Shown here: piece by piece, positions 40,694-43,044 of the stretch
Numbering within the stretch: the first letter of the stretch is position 1
Layout of the letters: each line of letters opens with the position of its first letter
Origin: a virus
Reading direction: 5' to 3' (one strand)
DNA: 43,044 nt
IMG/VR virus record: IMGVR_UViG_3300029400_000005
The notes under the pieces: generated by a model
Told to the model about the DNA's origin: nothing
Databases searched by the model: none
What the model saw: the letters and a program-made list of their open reading frames with translations, nothing else
Made by a program: the position numbers and the translations under genes

Positions 40694-40701
40694 AACACGC
40701 C

Positions 40702-40744
40702 AAACAAAAACAGCCCCGAGGAACCGTCAGGCTCCCCGGGGCTG
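40702..40744 (-). terminator. Intrinsic terminator of the lysis operon
   Basis: CAGCCCCG...CGGGGCTG hairpin followed on the minus strand by TTTTTGTTT. Confidence 0.65.
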
Positions 40745-40776
40745 CTGCTATGTATGGCTATTTTGGGCAGGGCGGC

Positions 40777-41043
40777 TTACTTCCCCTGTGCCTTCAGCTT
40801 GTCGTAGGTCTGGTCTGCCTGAAGGGCTGCAGGGGTGAAGCTGTTGTTCTTCCACCACGCGACCAGCGCGGCCACGGTGGTGATACCGGCGGTGACCAGC
40901 TGCTCCACGGTCTGGCTCTCGATGGGCAGCACGGGCTTGCCCAGTGCAGACAGCACCTGATTGGTCAGGGCCAGCAGCAGGCAGGCGGTGCGGGCAATGG
41001 TACCTGCGGAGATGGTGGGTGCGTTGTAGGTGTGTGCGTTCAT
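40777..41043 (-). CDS. Holin (phi LC3 / LL-H-like)
   Basis: 88 aa with two hydrophobic segments and ...ALVAWWKNNSFTPAA, the last gene of the lysis cassette. Confidence 0.7.
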   Translation of the reverse strand: MNAHTYNAPTISAGTIARTACLLLALTNQVLSALGKPVLPIESQTVEQLVTAGITTVAALVAWWKNNSFTPAALQADQTYDKLKAQGK

Positions 41044-41045
41044 AG

Positions 41046-41288
41046 TCAGTTCCTTTCTCTTTCGTGTTCGTCTGCTTCTAAATCAGCGATGCGGTGGTTG
41101 GCCACCTTCATCTGCTCTTCCAAAATGGGGACGCGGCGGGCAAAATTGTTGTGTTCCCGCACCTCGCGGGTCAGCTCTTCCAGCTTGGTGTCGGTCACGG
41201 CCTGACTGCGGCTGTTGGCGATCAGCACGCCGATCAGGGTCACCGCACCGGCAAGGATGGCTGAGATGATGCTTTCCACTGGTCTCAC
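41046..41288 (-). CDS. XhlA-like membrane/coiled-coil lysis-associated protein
   Basis: 80 aa with an N-terminal TM segment and ...HNNFARRVPILEEQMKVANHRIADLE. The start may instead be the second GTG at 41279. Confidence 0.5.
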   Translation of the reverse strand: MRPVESIISAILAGAVTLIGVLIANSRSQAVTDTKLEELTREVREHNNFARRVPILEEQMKVANHRIADLEADEHERERN

Positions 41289-41292
41289 CCCC

Positions 41293-41706
41293 TCACAGTG
41301 TCCACCGGCTCTTGTTCGGGCGGGTGTCTACGTGCACCCAGCCCTTTGCCCGGCCTGCCTTGACCGGGTAGCGGCCCACGCCGCCCCAGCCGGGCATCAG
41401 GCTTTCGGCGTAGGCGGCCACAGCCAGCGGGTCGGTGTCCTGCACCTGAATGTCAGCGGCCCGGCCCAGCAGGTGCTGGCTGGATTTAGAGCCGCCCACC
41501 TTTGTGTTGTGGCTGGCCGTGCGGTAGCCGCTGGTGATGGTCACCGGCTTGCCGAAGTGCTCCCGGATGCACTGCAGCAGCACCACAAGGCCCTCGTCAA
41601 TGAGGATGGTGTCGGTGCCGTCGCGGCAGCGGAACTCCCGCACACGGAATGCGGGAGAGAGCTGCTTTGCACCGTCTGCTTTCAGGCTGTACTGTTTGAT
41701 TGCCAT
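41293..41706 (-). CDS. Endolysin, peptidase M15A (YcbK/DUF882-like)
   Basis: ...VTITSGYRTASHNTKVGGSKSSQHLLGRAADIQV...GWVHVDTR. Confidence 0.8.
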   Translation of the reverse strand: MAIKQYSLKADGAKQLSPAFRVREFRCRDGTDTILIDEGLVVLLQCIREHFGKPVTITSGYRTASHNTKVGGSKSSQHLLGRAADIQVQDTDPLAVAAYAESLMPGWGGVGRYPVKAGRAKGWVHVDTRPNKSRWTL

Positions 41707-41787
41707 ATGTATCACGTCCTTTCACGGGGTCAGGCCCCGATTTTCACGTTCTCTTCCAGCTCCTGATCTGCCTTGTCCTCAGCGTCC

Positions 41788-41934
41788 TTACTGCGTGATC
41801 TCCTCAAAGCCGCTCTTGATAAGAATTGCCTTGACCTTCTCCTTCAGCAGGCGGGGGCAGCGCTCATACAGAGCCTTTGCATCCTCCATAGTCTCAGCAT
41901 ACATGATTTCCTGTGCCCACAGCTTCGCCATCAT
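41788..41934 (-). CDS. Small XkdX-like protein (48 aa)
   Basis: ATG at 41934 with AAAGGA 8 nt upstream, in the position between the fibre and lysis genes. Confidence 0.4.
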   Translation of the reverse strand: MMAKLWAQEIMYAETMEDAKALYERCPRLLKEKVKAILIKSGFEEITQ

Positions 41935-41968
41935 ACGTACAATCCTTTCTAATTTTTGTGTGATTCGT

Positions 41969-42157
41969 TTAAGCATACACAATCTCCGACATTTCCATCA
42001 GACATTGCTTAAGCATCTTATTTTCTTCTTTCAGTGTCTTGTTATCTTCCTGCAGTGCCGCCACCGTCTCCGGCAGCTTCTCCTGCTCCTGCTGCTTCTT
42101 GGCTGCAGCTTCTTTTTCTGCCCGGGTGGGCAGGCTGCATTTTTTCCAGATAATCAT
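41969..42157 (-). CDS. Small coiled-coil protein (62 aa)
   Basis: AAGGAGGG RBS, ...LQEDNKTLKEENKMLKQCL. Confidence 0.5.
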   Translation of the reverse strand: MIIWKKCSLPTRAEKEAAAKKQQEQEKLPETVAALQEDNKTLKEENKMLKQCLMEMSEIVYA

Positions 42158-42169
42158 GTGAATCCCTCC

Positions 42170-43044
42170 TTACTGGAATGCACCGGAAACAGAATCGATA
42201 TAGCCGCCCTCGCCGCTTGCGCCGCGCTCCACGCTGATGCGGAAATTGAACGCCGCTCCGGCAGAAGCGGTTTGATTTTCAAAGACGATGTTCATGCCCT
42301 TGCGGACTTCTGCCGTCACGTCCTGCCAGACCGGAGAATCATCCAGCGCGTTGTTGGTTGCTTCCGCCTTGAACGCGGCATCATTCGGGATGGATCCGGA
42401 CACCTGCAAGATCGCCACAGTAATGTCACCATCCACGGCCAGCGGGGTGGTCAGGGTCACACTTGCACTGGTAACGCTCTTGGTGAACGTTGCGTTCAGG
42501 CTGGTGCTCTCCTTGCCATCGTTCGCGGTGATCTTAATGGTATGGGAGCCGTTCAGGATGCGCAGGAAGCCGTCGGCGGTGCTGGCCTGTTCAAAGGTCA
42601 GCGCAGTACCGCTTGCAAGGCCGGTGCGGGTGGCAGTGGTCTTTCCGTCCAGCTTTTCGGTGACAGTCAGCGTGTCGCCGTCGGCATCGGTAACGGTATA
42701 GGCGAAGCTGAAGGGTGCGTTCTTCTCTCCCAAACTCGTGGAGCTGGCGTTGATGGCCGGGGCCACATTGTATCTGACCGTGCGTATAGCGGACGTGGTG
42801 TAGCCAGACTCCAGGCCCTCGGTGTCGTATGCCTTGACCCGATACATCACGGTGGACCAGCCGTTGGTGATGGTGTCGGTGTAGGTCAGCGCGTTGCCCT
42901 TGTACACCTGCGTGTAGGCGGAGCCACCATCGGTGCTGCGCTCCAGAATGTAGCCGCTCAGGTTGCCATCGCTGTCACTGGCCGCAGTCCACGAGATCAC
43001 CAGCGTGCTGCCGCCCTTGACATCCTTCGGCACCGCGATGGACG
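42170..43044 (-). CDS. Tail fibre / receptor-binding protein, 3' part (second FN3-like repeat plus C-terminal beta-rich domain)
   Basis: Its frame is continuous with 1..1108 through the 123-nt overlap: window position 112 equals 43033, and 1108-112 = 996, which is a multiple of 3. Sequence PKDVKGGSTLVISWTAASDSDGNLSGYILERS...MYRVKAYDTEGLESGY. Confidence 0.8.
   Translation of the reverse strand, partial: SIAVPKDVKGGSTLVISWTAASDSDGNLSGYILERSTDGGSAYTQVYKGNALTYTDTITNGWSTVMYRVKAYDTEGLESGYTTSAIRTVRYNVAPAINASSTSLGEKNAPFSFAYTVTDADGDTLTVTEKLDGKTTATRTGLASGTALTFEQASTADGFLRILNGSHTIKITANDGKESTSLNATFTKSVTSASVTLTTPLAVDGDITVAILQVSGSIPNDAAFKAEATNNALDDSPVWQDVTAEVRKGMNIVFENQTASAGAAFNFRISVERGASGEGGYIDSVSGAFQ
42922..43044. 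repeat. Terminal overlap, copy B (identical to 1..123)
   Basis: Same 123-nt string as nt 1..123 (agccaccatcggtgctgcgctccagaatgtagccgctcagg...). Confidence 0.95.

Overview
The window is one complete, circularly closed temperate phage genome of 42921 bp. Nt 1..123 recur exactly at 42922..43044, and a tail-fibre gene reads in frame across that junction. About 60 tightly packed genes lie mostly on the minus strand. Their order in the minus-strand direction is: Cro-like HTH, small early ORFs, Rha regulator, DUF739, DUF3846, a 603-aa Zn-ribbon/coiled-coil protein, SMC-like ATPase, AAA_24 (Sak4-like) ATPase, DUF669, SF2 helicase, primase-helicase, RusA, a sigma-region-4-like late regulator, terS/terL (PBSX family), DUF1073 portal and MuF-like protein. 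These are followed by a low-GC insert (RHH, 73-aa ORF, HNH-AP2 endonuclease), DUF2213 protease/scaffold, a cement-like protein, DUF2184 capsid, connector proteins and a PBSX/Xkd-like contractile tail (sheath, tube, chaperone with a -1 frameshift, tape measure, XkdP-U-like baseplate). The order ends with fibres, an M15 endolysin, an XhlA-like protein and a holin. The plus strand carries the lysogeny block: an S24/LexA-type CI repressor, an NYN nuclease, a tyrosine integrase and an intact attP containing a tRNA 3'-end mimic. It also carries three AT-richer promoter-ORF-terminator cassettes embedded antisense inside the early lytic operon. A Spo0A-C-terminal-like gene sits next to attP. The host is probably a high-GC spore-forming Firmicute; this is inference only. 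The candidates most worth follow-up are listed below.
- The NYN nuclease sits behind a consensus promoter, two tandem mini-hairpins and a full terminator, a type III TA-like layout.
- The three-gene moron island is antisense to the early operon.
- A strongly promoted and terminated minus-strand small RNA lies between the NYN gene and int.
- The Spo0A-C gene has three 10-bp-phased 0A-box-like repeats upstream.
- A TGCAAAAT palindrome family links three regulatory regions.
All family names come from motif recognition by eye. No database search was run.
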